From: a virus
Lineage: Duplodnaviria > Caudoviricetes
Length of the DNA stretch: 32,418 bases
Strand: one strand, 5' to 3'
Virus record (IMG/VR): IMGVR_UViG_3300017754_001847
Coordinates: 1-32,418 of that record
Of the stretch, positions 8,331 through 17,826 are shown piece after piece. The translations under genes were made by a program, and so were the position numbers. The notes beneath the pieces are model-generated. The model saw nothing but the letters and a program-made list of their open reading frames with translations. It made no database searches and had not been told where the DNA came from. Position 1 is the first letter of the stretch. The number at the start of each line of letters is the position of its first letter.

Positions 8331-8822
8331 TTATTGCTCCCTAGCTGTAAAAAACTCTCTAGTCACGTCTCGACCGAATGACAAAGCCATAGACGTAAAC
8401 TGTGATGGACCGTGAATATCCGGATCAACCGCACCAACAGACGCGCCTACAGCCTCATTACAGAACCATTGCTTTTCACGGTCCCAAGTCGCAGGCAACC
8501 AAGTAACAAACGCGCCTCGCCAGTCGTAAGCCTCTCCGGCATGGTCTGCAAACCAGCGTTGAGCCTGCTGCGCATCCCACGACGGCACATCAATGATGAT
8601 CCAATGGTCGGGGTTCAGCTTGACCGTCTTTACCCGTACCCCACCGTCCCGAAGGCTTGCAGAACCGATAGTGACCGAGCCGTCCTCGTGCTCTTCCAAG
8701 ATCGCCTCAACGTGCGTAACGCGCTGGAACGATCCTTTCTGGACAATGCGAGTGCCAGCCCAGCCGATGCGCGTCAGGATGTCGTCTTTGGCGTGGTCGC
8801 CGATGTAGCAAGCACACTTCAT
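8331..8822 (-). CDS. Permuted papain-like (NlpC/P60, YiiX/YaeF-type) hydrolase
   Basis: His before Cys order: VTHVEA...YDW...WFCNEAV. Confidence 0.7.
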   Translation of the reverse strand: MKCACYIGDHAKDDILTRIGWAGTRIVQKGSFQRVTHVEAILEEHEDGSVTIGSASLRDGGVRVKTVKLNPDHWIIIDVPSWDAQQAQRWFADHAGEAYDWRGAFVTWLPATWDREKQWFCNEAVGASVGAVDPDIHGPSQFTSMALSFGRDVTREFFTAREQ

Positions 8823-9232
8823 GGGTAAGAGTCCGCAGTAATAAAAAGCTGGTCTAGCTGTTCATCAGTAAGCCTTAGGGCGGTTGCAAGCGCTTGCAAC
8901 GTTGGGTTGTCTCTATGCACCTCAGAGCTATACTCCCAATCATCTCTAGCATCATCTCCTGCTGGCCCCGGAATGGACGCTAGCGCTTGATCTACCATTG
9001 CCAAAAGTCCAGCAGCACGCAAAGCGCGCCTAGCCTTTCTCATTGGTACTTTGCTTGGTATTGGAGCAGGGGGAAGATTTTCTAGCCTAGTTTCTTCCGC
9101 CTCATTTTCATCAATTTCCAAGCTCCCATTTGGCAAAAGTGAGATTCCTCCATTGCTAATGTCTTGCTCGCTTAAAGCGTGCAAAGCAAACCCGCTTGCG
9201 GTCGATTGGTCTAGAGATTTAAAGTATCTCAT
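8819..9232 (-). CDS. Tail-fibre-associated protein (probable chaperone)
   Basis: Follows the fibre gene; RKARRAL, WEYSSEVHRDNP, LTDEQLDQLF motifs typical of this position. Confidence 0.7.
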   Translation of the reverse strand: MRYFKSLDQSTASGFALHALSEQDISNGGISLLPNGSLEIDENEAEETRLENLPPAPIPSKVPMRKARRALRAAGLLAMVDQALASIPGPAGDDARDDWEYSSEVHRDNPTLQALATALRLTDEQLDQLFITADSYP

Positions 9233-9234
9233 GA

Positions 9235-10869
9235 TTACCTTAGCTCGTAAGTAGTAACCGAAACAACAGCACCAACTTCCGTCATTGAGTAAGAGGCTCT
9301 AGGAGGAACAATAAAACCTCCTGCAAAAACTTGCGTACCACTGCCGTTTACGCCGCCAACGATAGTTCCAATGCTTACGCCGTTAACAGTCGCATTGGTG
9401 ACAAAAGCAGCGACACCAACTTGAACCTCTCTTTTTACAAAAATTGGCCTACTTGTTGTGTTGTAGTAAGTCGTTCCAGAAGTCCTGGTGACTGCCGAAT
9501 ACCTCTGTCCCTGCCCCAGCGATTGAGTTGCGGCAAACGCTTTGCCAAAAGTGCTTTGAACAAGAGTCGGGGCGCTAGCCCAAGTGCCCGCAGTAGCTTG
9601 CGTACTTCTAATAACCGCAATCAATCGATATGCAACGTTTGCTCTTGCTGTCGTGCTGTAAAACGTGATTGCACTATCAGCGCCGCCCGCTCCACCTTCG
9701 GCTGACGTACTAATTAGGCCGGTCTCTGATAAATCATCACCGCCTGCAATATTGATTGCGGCAAGTTCTATTGTCCCTGCATTGTTGATGGCGACTACCG
9801 CAATGTCACTTTCGACCCCGTTTACGGTACCAAGTGTCGAACCACTAGAAATTACAAGGTCATTAGGATCGCCAGAAACCAGAGTAGTCGTACCGGTAGT
9901 TAGCGTTGCGCTCCTGAACTCAAGATTCAACTTTCCGCAACTGATAGTCAAAGCATTGGCTGCAACTGTTGCCGTAAGGCTGTAGTTTGTTTCTAGACTG
10001 CTGATCGATGCAAATTGTTGCCCGTTGTTGTCTTGAATAAATTCAATAACGTTTCCTGGGTTACAAGTGTAGTTAAGAAGGCCAGGAACATTGATGGGCC
10101 AAGCGCCAACAGCTACACATCGAATTTGCTGCCCGTTGCTCATAACTACAGACGTAGTAATTACAGCCCCCGTAACTCTGACAAGATTTCCAAAGCACGT
10201 AGACAGAGGCAAAGCCGCTGAGCTTGCTACGTCTTGCGCACTACCAAGGCCCATAGCATTTCTAACGCTCTGAGAATTTGGGAGCGAAGGGTTGACAGAA
10301 GACAAGAGCCCATAATCAATTGAAGACAGGCCTGAATCTAGAGAGCCTGAATCGTTAATGACAGTGATCGTCGTAACTGATCCAAACACGCTTGAAGTAA
10401 TCGTGCTGTAGATAGTTCCAGAAGTGTTTTCAGTTTTGATTCTTCGTCCAACAGTCAATAAAGAAGTTTGATTACCAGGGACTTGAAATTGCGTGGAGTT
10501 GATATAGCTTGGAACTAGCCCAGAAAGCACCCATTCATTGTTCGAAAACAGTGATTGAACATCGTTAATGCCCGTCAGATTGTCAAACGTCCTAATGGGA
10601 TTAGTAGGCGGGTCGGTGTCCGTAGATGGTGCCCACACCATCTTATAGATAAGCCCATTGGCAAACCAAACCTCTTCCGGAGGCTGCCCGAGAGCGTCAA
10701 GAACAATCGGATTGGTGTTGGCAACCGTACCCGTTGAATCGGTATAGGTGTCTTGCTTTGTCGTTGTTCCTGCGGCGTAGAAAAAAAGCTGGTCCCCTAC
10801 CGCAGGATCGCCAGCGACATTTACAAACTGCGGGCAAGGCCCAAATGGTGAAGGGTTAACAGAAGGCAT
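9235..10869 (-). CDS. Tail fibre / receptor-binding protein
   Basis: N-terminal podovirus head-binding motif (FYAAGTTTKQDTYTD...NTNPIVLDALG); Ser/Thr/Gly-rich beta body; tip TTYYNTTSRPIFV...VPPRASY. Confidence 0.85.
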   Translation of the reverse strand: MPSVNPSPFGPCPQFVNVAGDPAVGDQLFFYAAGTTTKQDTYTDSTGTVANTNPIVLDALGQPPEEVWFANGLIYKMVWAPSTDTDPPTNPIRTFDNLTGINDVQSLFSNNEWVLSGLVPSYINSTQFQVPGNQTSLLTVGRRIKTENTSGTIYSTITSSVFGSVTTITVINDSGSLDSGLSSIDYGLLSSVNPSLPNSQSVRNAMGLGSAQDVASSAALPLSTCFGNLVRVTGAVITTSVVMSNGQQIRCVAVGAWPINVPGLLNYTCNPGNVIEFIQDNNGQQFASISSLETNYSLTATVAANALTISCGKLNLEFRSATLTTGTTTLVSGDPNDLVISSGSTLGTVNGVESDIAVVAINNAGTIELAAINIAGGDDLSETGLISTSAEGGAGGADSAITFYSTTARANVAYRLIAVIRSTQATAGTWASAPTLVQSTFGKAFAATQSLGQGQRYSAVTRTSGTTYYNTTSRPIFVKREVQVGVAAFVTNATVNGVSIGTIVGGVNGSGTQVFAGGFIVPPRASYSMTEVGAVVSVTTYELR

Positions 10870-10877
10870 ACGTTTCC

Positions 10878-12461
10878 TTATTCAGCAGCAGAAACAGGGG
10901 CTGCTCGATAAGCGCCCTGCTTAAGTAGTTTTGCAAGTTGGGTGTTAGAGAATTTACCGGCTGCGTAAGCGGCCTCGCCAACCAAACGAGGGGACGACAC
11001 AGCAGCAAGCCCAGCAGCAGCAGGGATGTTCCCCGTTAACGCAAGACCAGCGCCACCAGTGCCAGTAGCAGCCCTTTGAATCCCCCTTGGAATCCAATCA
11101 TTCAACGATTGACCGGCGATGGCTGGGAAAATTTCTCTACCACCCGCCTGCTCTAGTTGGCGCGCAAGCTCCCCCCTCTTGCCGTAAGACGTATTGACGT
11201 TGTTTCGCATCAATGATTGGAGTTTGCGAATTCCGGTTTCTGCACTTGCCTTTTGGCCAAGAGACAAAGAGCGCTCAATCTCTTTGATGGTTTCTGTGGC
11301 TTCGCTGTATCCCTTCATGACTTTCGAGTATTCCGGGGCTTGCTTGGAAATCTCCGACTTGATGGAGTTGTATACATTGCCAACAACACGGCGCGAATTT
11401 TGTTCATTGAAAGGGATCGATTCCAGAATATCACCAACACGCTGTTTGAGTGCATCAAGCCCCTCGGGCGTATGAAATTCAGCAGGGTCGAGTTTTTTCC
11501 ATCCATCAATTTCTTGATAGACTTGTTTTAACTTGTCAGAAGCGCCCGGGGATTTGATCATCCCCTTATATGTGATACTGCCAACAGCGTCATCCAGTGA
11601 TTTATCAATGCCTTTGAAGTCCAGCACTGTCCTGTCGGCCTTCATCCCGGTCATGCCTTGCCTATAAGCATCTTGTCTTTGTTTGCCCATGGCCTCTAGA
11701 TTCTGTTTTGCGGAGTTCAAAACATCATCCATGTCGGATTGGCCGCGCATTGCTTCACGGAACGATTTTGCAGAAGAGCCGCCTTGCTGACCTGATTTGT
11801 AAGCCTGAGAAATGGCTTCTTCACCAACCCCGGTAGTGGCTCCAAGTGCTTTCCTGCCGATGCTTGCAGCGCCTTTTAAGACTTGACCCGCGATCGGTAG
11901 AGCACCTCCAACCAATGCGCCAGAACCTGCGTCTTCTGGGTTAACCAGACCAGCAGAAGCCCCGCCAGCAATCGCCCCGCCAGCAGACCGAATGCCAAGA
12001 TCAGCAGCCCTGCCAGCAATCGTAGGCGCAGCAGCGCGGCCCGTAGCCATGCCGCCAGAAGCGATAGCAGAACCAAGGCGAGGAGCTTTAGCCAAAGTAG
12101 CAAGCGCACCAAGCGCCTTTACTGCTGGGTGTGTTGCCAAAATTTGGCCCCCGACGCGCCCAACAGCCGGAACAACCGTGTTCCCCGTTCTCTCTTGCGC
12201 TGCTGAAAAATCAGCTTTGCCTTGCTGATTCATGGCCTTGATTCGCGCAGCCTCATCCGATCCGCCAAGGCGGGATAGCCATCCAGCGCCAGTGTCAATA
12301 ACGTCTTTGACGCCACGGACAACACCTCCCGGCAGACTCGTCATAACCTCGTCTTTGAACATGGATGCCACACTTGGAGTAGGCTCTTTTTCGTCAAGCA
12401 GCACATAACGCCCAGCCTGCTTAGTGGCCGGTTGCTCATCGAGTAGTTTGTAAGTCGCCAT
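10878..12461 (-). CDS. DNA ejection (internal virion) protein, P22 gp16 position
   Basis: Large Ala/Gly-rich helical protein with hydrophobic G/A segments; TAATG coupling at 12461. Confidence 0.65.
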   Translation of the reverse strand: MATYKLLDEQPATKQAGRYVLLDEKEPTPSVASMFKDEVMTSLPGGVVRGVKDVIDTGAGWLSRLGGSDEAARIKAMNQQGKADFSAAQERTGNTVVPAVGRVGGQILATHPAVKALGALATLAKAPRLGSAIASGGMATGRAAAPTIAGRAADLGIRSAGGAIAGGASAGLVNPEDAGSGALVGGALPIAGQVLKGAASIGRKALGATTGVGEEAISQAYKSGQQGGSSAKSFREAMRGQSDMDDVLNSAKQNLEAMGKQRQDAYRQGMTGMKADRTVLDFKGIDKSLDDAVGSITYKGMIKSPGASDKLKQVYQEIDGWKKLDPAEFHTPEGLDALKQRVGDILESIPFNEQNSRRVVGNVYNSIKSEISKQAPEYSKVMKGYSEATETIKEIERSLSLGQKASAETGIRKLQSLMRNNVNTSYGKRGELARQLEQAGGREIFPAIAGQSLNDWIPRGIQRAATGTGGAGLALTGNIPAAAGLAAVSSPRLVGEAAYAAGKFSNTQLAKLLKQGAYRAAPVSAAE

Positions 12462-13735
12462 TACTCCATCACCCACGACTTGCCGTTAGAACGCATAACA
12501 CCATTAGGGCCTTGGATTCGACGCCCATTGTATTTAGCAGGGTCCGGCAAAGAGTTGAATTCTGTTTGAGGGGCCGCAGATTTTTGGCTTTTGTTTTGGC
12601 CCAAATCCTGAATGATCATTTCAGGCCGGAGCCCGTACTCAGTAGCCTTTTTCCGGTAATCGGCATCAATGGAATTTTGTTGTTCTTGCATTGCTGCATA
12701 GATTTGCCCAGTGATGTTTTTAAAGTCCTCTGCTTGAGCCTTAGTAAGAACCTTGCCTTTGGCCAAAGTGTTGTAATAGTTGGTAGCACGATCCAGTACG
12801 CCAGAAGCCGCCAAAGCCATCCCAAGTTCAGACTCTCGGACAACAGAGCCGGGATCCAGAAGCTTCATGAACTTTGTCGCAGCGGCAAGAGTAGCGGCAG
12901 GCGACGTAGTGGCTTTGTCTAACGTCTTGTTGATCTGCGCATAAGCGTCAGAAACATCCTTGAAATCTTTTGACTGTGTGCGATAGTCATCAGCCAACTT
13001 CATTTCAATGTTGGTGTTTGCCGTCATCTTTGCGGCATCACGAGTAGCGGAGGCTTGATCTCTTTGAGCTGCAACGGTAGCCGCTGTGTTGGGGCTAACT
13101 GTATTTGCAGATTGCGACAACGTGCGAACACCTCCTGTAAGCGGCTCTACTGCCTGCGTTTGAGTCGTCGCGCCAAGATTGGAGGTAACGATTTGAGGTT
13201 TATTCGCTTCAATGAATTTCGTAGCGCCTAAGGCCTGCTGTTGCTTCCACTGCTGAAATTGAGCAGGATCAGAAGGAATGCGAGAAACCAGCGTGTTAAC
13301 ATCCCCAATCCTAGAAAAGATCGGGGAAATATACGGGTCTTTGTACGCAGATTCCACCCACATAGCCGCATCTTGCGGATTGTTAACCATAGACAAAGCA
13401 TCCCTATGCTGGGCGATCGCTTTGGTCGTGCTTTCAATTCTGTCTTTGTCAATGTCGCTGCGTGTCTTGTCAGTTTCAAGGCGGTTCTTTTCCAGGGCTT
13501 GGAGAGGTCTGTAATTACCGCCAGACTGCAACAACCCTTTCAGGCGATCGAAATCCCCGCCAGAAGCCTTGTAAGCCTCACGAACGGCCCGATCCTCCGC
13601 CAAAGCGGCATCTTGCTGTTGCACGCCTTGCATCAACTGCTTTAGCTGCAATCCCTTCGCATAACGATCTAATGGGTCTTGCAGTTGTACTTGGTTTTGC
13701 CCGAGTTGGGCGATGATGCTGGAATTGAATGCCAT
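12461..13735 (-). CDS. DNA ejection protein, P22 gp20 position
   Basis: Gln/Ala-rich helical protein; KLLDPGSVVRESE motif; synteny. Confidence 0.65.
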   Translation of the reverse strand: MAFNSSIIAQLGQNQVQLQDPLDRYAKGLQLKQLMQGVQQQDAALAEDRAVREAYKASGGDFDRLKGLLQSGGNYRPLQALEKNRLETDKTRSDIDKDRIESTTKAIAQHRDALSMVNNPQDAAMWVESAYKDPYISPIFSRIGDVNTLVSRIPSDPAQFQQWKQQQALGATKFIEANKPQIVTSNLGATTQTQAVEPLTGGVRTLSQSANTVSPNTAATVAAQRDQASATRDAAKMTANTNIEMKLADDYRTQSKDFKDVSDAYAQINKTLDKATTSPAATLAAATKFMKLLDPGSVVRESELGMALAASGVLDRATNYYNTLAKGKVLTKAQAEDFKNITGQIYAAMQEQQNSIDADYRKKATEYGLRPEMIIQDLGQNKSQKSAAPQTEFNSLPDPAKYNGRRIQGPNGVMRSNGKSWVME

Positions 13736-13743
13736 GTTAGAAC

Positions 13744-14730
13744 TTAAAGATATGAGCCGTAATCTTGATTTCCGTATGCGGCCCCAGTGCCAAACCCGCC
13801 TCCGCCGCCGCCTTGGCCTTTCAGCATATTTAGATATTGCTGGTTCTGGTAAGTGTTAATTCCGGTATTAAGTGCATTGCCCCATGCATTAGCGCCACCA
13901 ACAATACCAGCAGCACGAGCGTTACCCATGTCGCTAAGCGCCCCACCAATTTGATTGGACGCATTAGCGCCGGCAGAGGCCACTTGTCCGGTAGCTGTTT
14001 GCCCCGCACCAGAAACACCAGCAAGCCGGTTATAAATGTTGGTGTTATCAGTGTTGTATCGGTTGTATGATTCATTAGCCTTTGTAGAGCCGTAATCGCT
14101 TGCATACCGAGTATGCGCCTTCAAAGTAGCGCCAGAATCGTATTGCCCAAGAGCAGAGGCTCGCGCATTGATTTGCCCAGTCCCTTGATCTAGGCCGAAT
14201 TTAAGACCGCTTTGGTAGACAGGATCAGCCTCTAAATCTTCCGCGCTAAACTTGCGCATGAGAGAGCCGTAATTAGGGTCGCCACTAGCGGCAGCTTGTT
14301 GCTGCGCTTGTTGCTGCGCTTGTTGCGCTAACCGCGCCGTAATTGCAGCGTCCAAGCCGGTTTGGTCAACATTTTGTGTCGGCCTTCTAACTTGCTGCAT
14401 TTCGCCTGAATAGGGGTCGTATTCGTATGATGCATCGCCTTGTCCTTGAGTCGTGTATTGAGATTCAAGTTCTTTCCTAAGTTGGTCATATGTCAATTGC
14501 GGCGAAGAGCCGCCACCAGAGGGAGACAACCCAAGAAGATACGAAAGACGACTGTTTGCGCTAAGGCCTGTTTGCCGAAAAGGCTCAAAGTCAGAACGTG
14601 TTTGGTCATATTGTCGCCGCGCTTCGCGAATCTGCGCCTTAGAAGCGCCCGCACCCGCACCCGCCGCATCTTTTGCGCCTTGGGCGGCAATTACTCCGCC
14701 AACTACTGCACCAGCTGCTGCCCATGGCAT
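13744..14730 (-). CDS. DNA ejection protein, P22 gp7-like
   Basis: MPWAAAGAVVGGVIAAQG N-terminus, DPVYQSGL, SGATLKA..Y; synteny. Confidence 0.75.
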   Translation of the reverse strand: MPWAAAGAVVGGVIAAQGAKDAAGAGAGASKAQIREARRQYDQTRSDFEPFRQTGLSANSRLSYLLGLSPSGGGSSPQLTYDQLRKELESQYTTQGQGDASYEYDPYSGEMQQVRRPTQNVDQTGLDAAITARLAQQAQQQAQQQAAASGDPNYGSLMRKFSAEDLEADPVYQSGLKFGLDQGTGQINARASALGQYDSGATLKAHTRYASDYGSTKANESYNRYNTDNTNIYNRLAGVSGAGQTATGQVASAGANASNQIGGALSDMGNARAAGIVGGANAWGNALNTGINTYQNQQYLNMLKGQGGGGGGFGTGAAYGNQDYGSYL

Positions 14731-14731
14731 A

Positions 14732-15265
14732 TCAATTCCCCTTCCTAATGCATACAATCATGGTCACCCGCTCGTATGCGGTTTCATTTGTGACCCAGTG
14801 CAAATGCTGATTGTCAAACCAAAATAAGTCACCCGGCTTTGTTTCTAGTTCTTCGCCTTCAAAGCAAAACTTTTGCCCTGGAGCGCTTGTGATCTGGACT
14901 GCGAATTTTTGATACCTGCGGGCATGCCACCCTGGGTCTGTGTGCGGCTTGCAAGTAGCCCCGGGAGGAATGCGGGTGATCAACACGCCGCCCAGCTCAT
15001 CCCCTTCAAACTTTCGCATAAGGTCATAGCAAAGAGGCTTGATCCCAAGAACGTCCGAATTTGGATACCAGAATGATTCATGCGCCGCCCCGTCCTGCGC
15101 CCTTTCGGGATCGCCAAAACGAGCCCAAATGTCATCCAGTCCATGATGAGGACTATCCGGAGAGGCGGTCCTTTCTGTGTGCTGATTCCACAGTTGCGGA
15201 TTCTGTTGGAGTTTCCAGTAAATATCCGATACTGGGATTCCAGAGGCTAGCAGTTGGATTTTCAT
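14732..15265 (-). CDS. 2OG-Fe(II) oxygenase, aspartyl/asparaginyl beta-hydroxylase-like
   Basis: VLITRIPPG..CKPHTD (HxD), PGDLFWFDNQHLHWVTN (distal His), RVTMIV (2OG-binding Arg); ATGA overlap at 15265. Confidence 0.8.
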   Translation of the reverse strand: MKIQLLASGIPVSDIYWKLQQNPQLWNQHTERTASPDSPHHGLDDIWARFGDPERAQDGAAHESFWYPNSDVLGIKPLCYDLMRKFEGDELGGVLITRIPPGATCKPHTDPGWHARRYQKFAVQITSAPGQKFCFEGEELETKPGDLFWFDNQHLHWVTNETAYERVTMIVCIRKGN

Positions 15266-15570
15266 GCAGCCACCAACTTCAAAGAGTCTATGGCTTGGTC
15301 TATTGGCGCAACATCCCCAGACCAAATGCAAAGCCAAACGATATCCGTAACCGCCAGCACAGAATGCACGGTATCGGCAGGGATGGAAACAATAGAGTAT
15401 CCATCAAACCGGCGAGTAACTCCATCCACGGTCACATCGGCGCACCCCGACACAAGAACAGACGTATGTCCGTGTTTATGCTTGTGAGATTCAAGCAAAT
15501 AACCACCGGGCGCGGTCGTTTCAACAATGAACGGCTCATTGTCGCCGCCGCCGTGGAATTTCATTTCCAT
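15262..15570 (-). CDS. Cupin-domain protein
   Basis: HKHKHGHTSVLVSG and IPADTVHSV cupin motifs 1 and 2. Confidence 0.8.
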   Translation of the reverse strand: MEMKFHGGGDNEPFIVETTAPGGYLLESHKHKHGHTSVLVSGCADVTVDGVTRRFDGYSIVSIPADTVHSVLAVTDIVWLCIWSGDVAPIDQAIDSLKLVAA

Positions 15571-15818
15571 TACGCTGGTGTCCCGTCAGCTTTTACCCAG
15601 CTCGGTCCTGAGTACCAAATAGGTAGCCCGAGAGTCGTATCAAAATACGTGCGCCCAACCCAAAGAAATGTTGTCGGCCTTTGCGCCGTAGTACCACTTT
15701 GAGTTAGTGCAGACAGTATAGCGAAAATACTGTTAAAAAACGAGGCCCATGCAGGACTTATTCTGCCATCAGTATCAACTTTGCTTTGAATCGGCGGTTG
15801 ATTAATCAGGCTAGTCAT
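15570..15818 (-). CDS. Small virion protein at the tail-needle (gp26) position
   Basis: GRISPAWASFF N-terminus; GTTAQRP...YFDTTLGLPIWY...W motif seen in fibre-like proteins. Confidence 0.6.
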   Translation of the reverse strand: MTSLINQPPIQSKVDTDGRISPAWASFFNSIFAILSALTQSGTTAQRPTTFLWVGRTYFDTTLGLPIWYSGPSWVKADGTPA

Positions 15819-17454
15819 TTGGGTTAATCATCCCGCTGACAAGCGTAAATTGAACAGGATCAACAACACGTATTTTGAACACGTAGTTTCTGTTCCCGCC
15901 GCCCAATCTGGTCCATTCAATGGCGTTTCTGTAGTTGCCAACAGGGCCGATTTCCTTGAACATTTCGGCCCCGTAAGTCTTGCCGTTGTCTCTGGAGATT
16001 TGAAGGCTACACAGAGGATTGGAATAACCTATAGCGGCATTCCCAATCTCCATATCAACTCTGAACTTGTCAACGCTGAATCTCTCTAAATCTGGAGATG
16101 CAACGGTTTCAGAGATTATTTCAGACTCTATCGGCTCTCCATTTTCTGTAAAAACCAGCGGGTCAAGCCTATAGATCACTCCGCTATCAAAATCAGCTAC
16201 TAGGTTATTTTGCAAATAGCTCCACCCGAACTCGCCAATATGCCGTGTTGATTGATAGCTTTTAAGCGATGACCAAATGCCTGTGGAACCGTCATAAAGC
16301 CAGCTATACCCAGCAGATGGAAACGAAATAACAAACATTGGATGCCCGCCAAGCATGTAGCTGTATGAACTGGCATCATCAATAGTTGCGTAATTGTTAA
16401 TTAGATAATCGATATCTGGCGTGCTGATTTTTTCCGGCAGATACCCGGAAAGCTTGGCTACCATGACCTGACCCATCCGATTACGAATTAAAAAAGCTAC
16501 TGAGTTGTCATACTTGGATACACTCCAAGTTGCGCCCAAACCCCATTCTGTAGACGAGCCCTGAATTTGCGCAAATGGAAAATCAAGGGAGCCCGATAAG
16601 CCCCAGAATTCCATGGTTCTGGACCCCATCAAAATCAATTGGCCGCTTGAAGACCAGACCGCCACAATAGGATCGGCGCTACTTTCCGCGTTAGCAAAAA
16701 ACAATGCATCCCAGAATAGGCCATCGTAAAACCCAGAAACATAAAACCTGCTGGATTGGTTCAGACTAATGACAAAATACCCAGCAAGAAACGTAACTGT
16801 CCTGGGTTGGGCGGGAAAAGATGCGCTAGCAATTACCGCGAATGTCGTTAGTGTGTATGAGCCTATGATTGTGGCAACTCCACCCGGGTCCGACTCCATT
16901 TCATATGTGAACGTGGAGGCCCCAGTGACAGTAACAGTGAATGTCCCGTTGTATGCTGCTGGCGTGTTGCCAACGATAACCACAATGTTTCCGGTAGTCA
17001 GGCCATGAGGCGCGGCGGTGGTTAACGTCGCTTGCGTGCCAGACTGAGTAATTGATGTGATTGTTTGCGGCGTTCCCGTCGATGCAACCTTTGAGTATAT
17101 ATACCCATAGGTCCCATCCACAATCATCACTTGATTTCCATTGTCGGTCATGGAAACTCGGCCTAAGCTTGTGTTTAGAGTCGCGATATTTATCAAGTTT
17201 CCAGTATTTGTAATTTGATAAAAAATGTTCCCAATGACTACATAACTCGTGTCGTCACGATCAACTGTCCATGCCCCACGGGGCGGAGTTGGAGAGCCTG
17301 AATCGGCGAATGCCTCAAGCCCTGGCGTTCTATAAGCAACCATGGACGACTTCTCACCCGATGGTCGCTGCTCGCAGTACATATTCTGTATCCGCTTGGC
17401 CGTGACATACGGGGAGCGTGATGCTTGTCCAAGGCCGAAGACGGGGATACGCAT
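15811..17454 (-). CDS. Tail hub / DNA stabilization protein, P22 gp10-like
   Basis: GRVSMTDNGNQVMIVDG, VTFLAGYF, AESSADPIV, ISRDNGKTYG, WTRLG. Confidence 0.85.
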   Translation of the reverse strand: MRIPVFGLGQASRSPYVTAKRIQNMYCEQRPSGEKSSMVAYRTPGLEAFADSGSPTPPRGAWTVDRDDTSYVVIGNIFYQITNTGNLINIATLNTSLGRVSMTDNGNQVMIVDGTYGYIYSKVASTGTPQTITSITQSGTQATLTTAAPHGLTTGNIVVIVGNTPAAYNGTFTVTVTGASTFTYEMESDPGGVATIIGSYTLTTFAVIASASFPAQPRTVTFLAGYFVISLNQSSRFYVSGFYDGLFWDALFFANAESSADPIVAVWSSSGQLILMGSRTMEFWGLSGSLDFPFAQIQGSSTEWGLGATWSVSKYDNSVAFLIRNRMGQVMVAKLSGYLPEKISTPDIDYLINNYATIDDASSYSYMLGGHPMFVISFPSAGYSWLYDGSTGIWSSLKSYQSTRHIGEFGWSYLQNNLVADFDSGVIYRLDPLVFTENGEPIESEIISETVASPDLERFSVDKFRVDMEIGNAAIGYSNPLCSLQISRDNGKTYGAEMFKEIGPVGNYRNAIEWTRLGGGNRNYVFKIRVVDPVQFTLVSGMINPND

Positions 17455-17457
17455 GAC

Positions 17458-17826
17458 TCAATCCACGGCTAGGCGGACCCGCAATTGATCACCGATATTG
17501 GAAATACCTCCTATGTCCCCTTCGCGACATAGGAGGTATTTCTTCCCGTCAATTTCGATGGGCTCACCGCCAGAGTTGTATTTCCCGAAAATCACATAGT
17601 CGCCGACCTTCACACTAACAGGGACTACTTGGCCTGCAAGGTGGTGCCCGCTTGCATCCAGATAAGTCGTGTACACCCGGCCAGGGCCGTGAGCGACAAC
17701 TTTGCCGCAAGGGAACTTTTTGTAATCACCTGTCAGCAAAATTCCACCTGAGCTTTTTTCTTCGGTGACTTGCTCGACAATGATAATGTCGCCAATCGGT
17801 TGAATCGGGAAAGATTTTTCTGCCAT
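17458..17826 (-). CDS. groES: Co-chaperonin GroES-like protein
   Basis: IQPIGDIIIV, EKSSGGILL mobile loop, GKVVAHGPG, VKVGDYVIF.KY.G, IDGKKYLLCREGDI. Confidence 0.9.
   Translation of the reverse strand: MAEKSFPIQPIGDIIIVEQVTEEKSSGGILLTGDYKKFPCGKVVAHGPGRVYTTYLDASGHHLAGQVVPVSVKVGDYVIFGKYNSGGEPIEIDGKKYLLCREGDIGGISNIGDQLRVRLAVD

Noticed and set aside
9235-9500. Tail fibre tip as a diversity-generating retroelement target
   Set aside because: No reverse transcriptase and no second near-identical template repeat seen in this window
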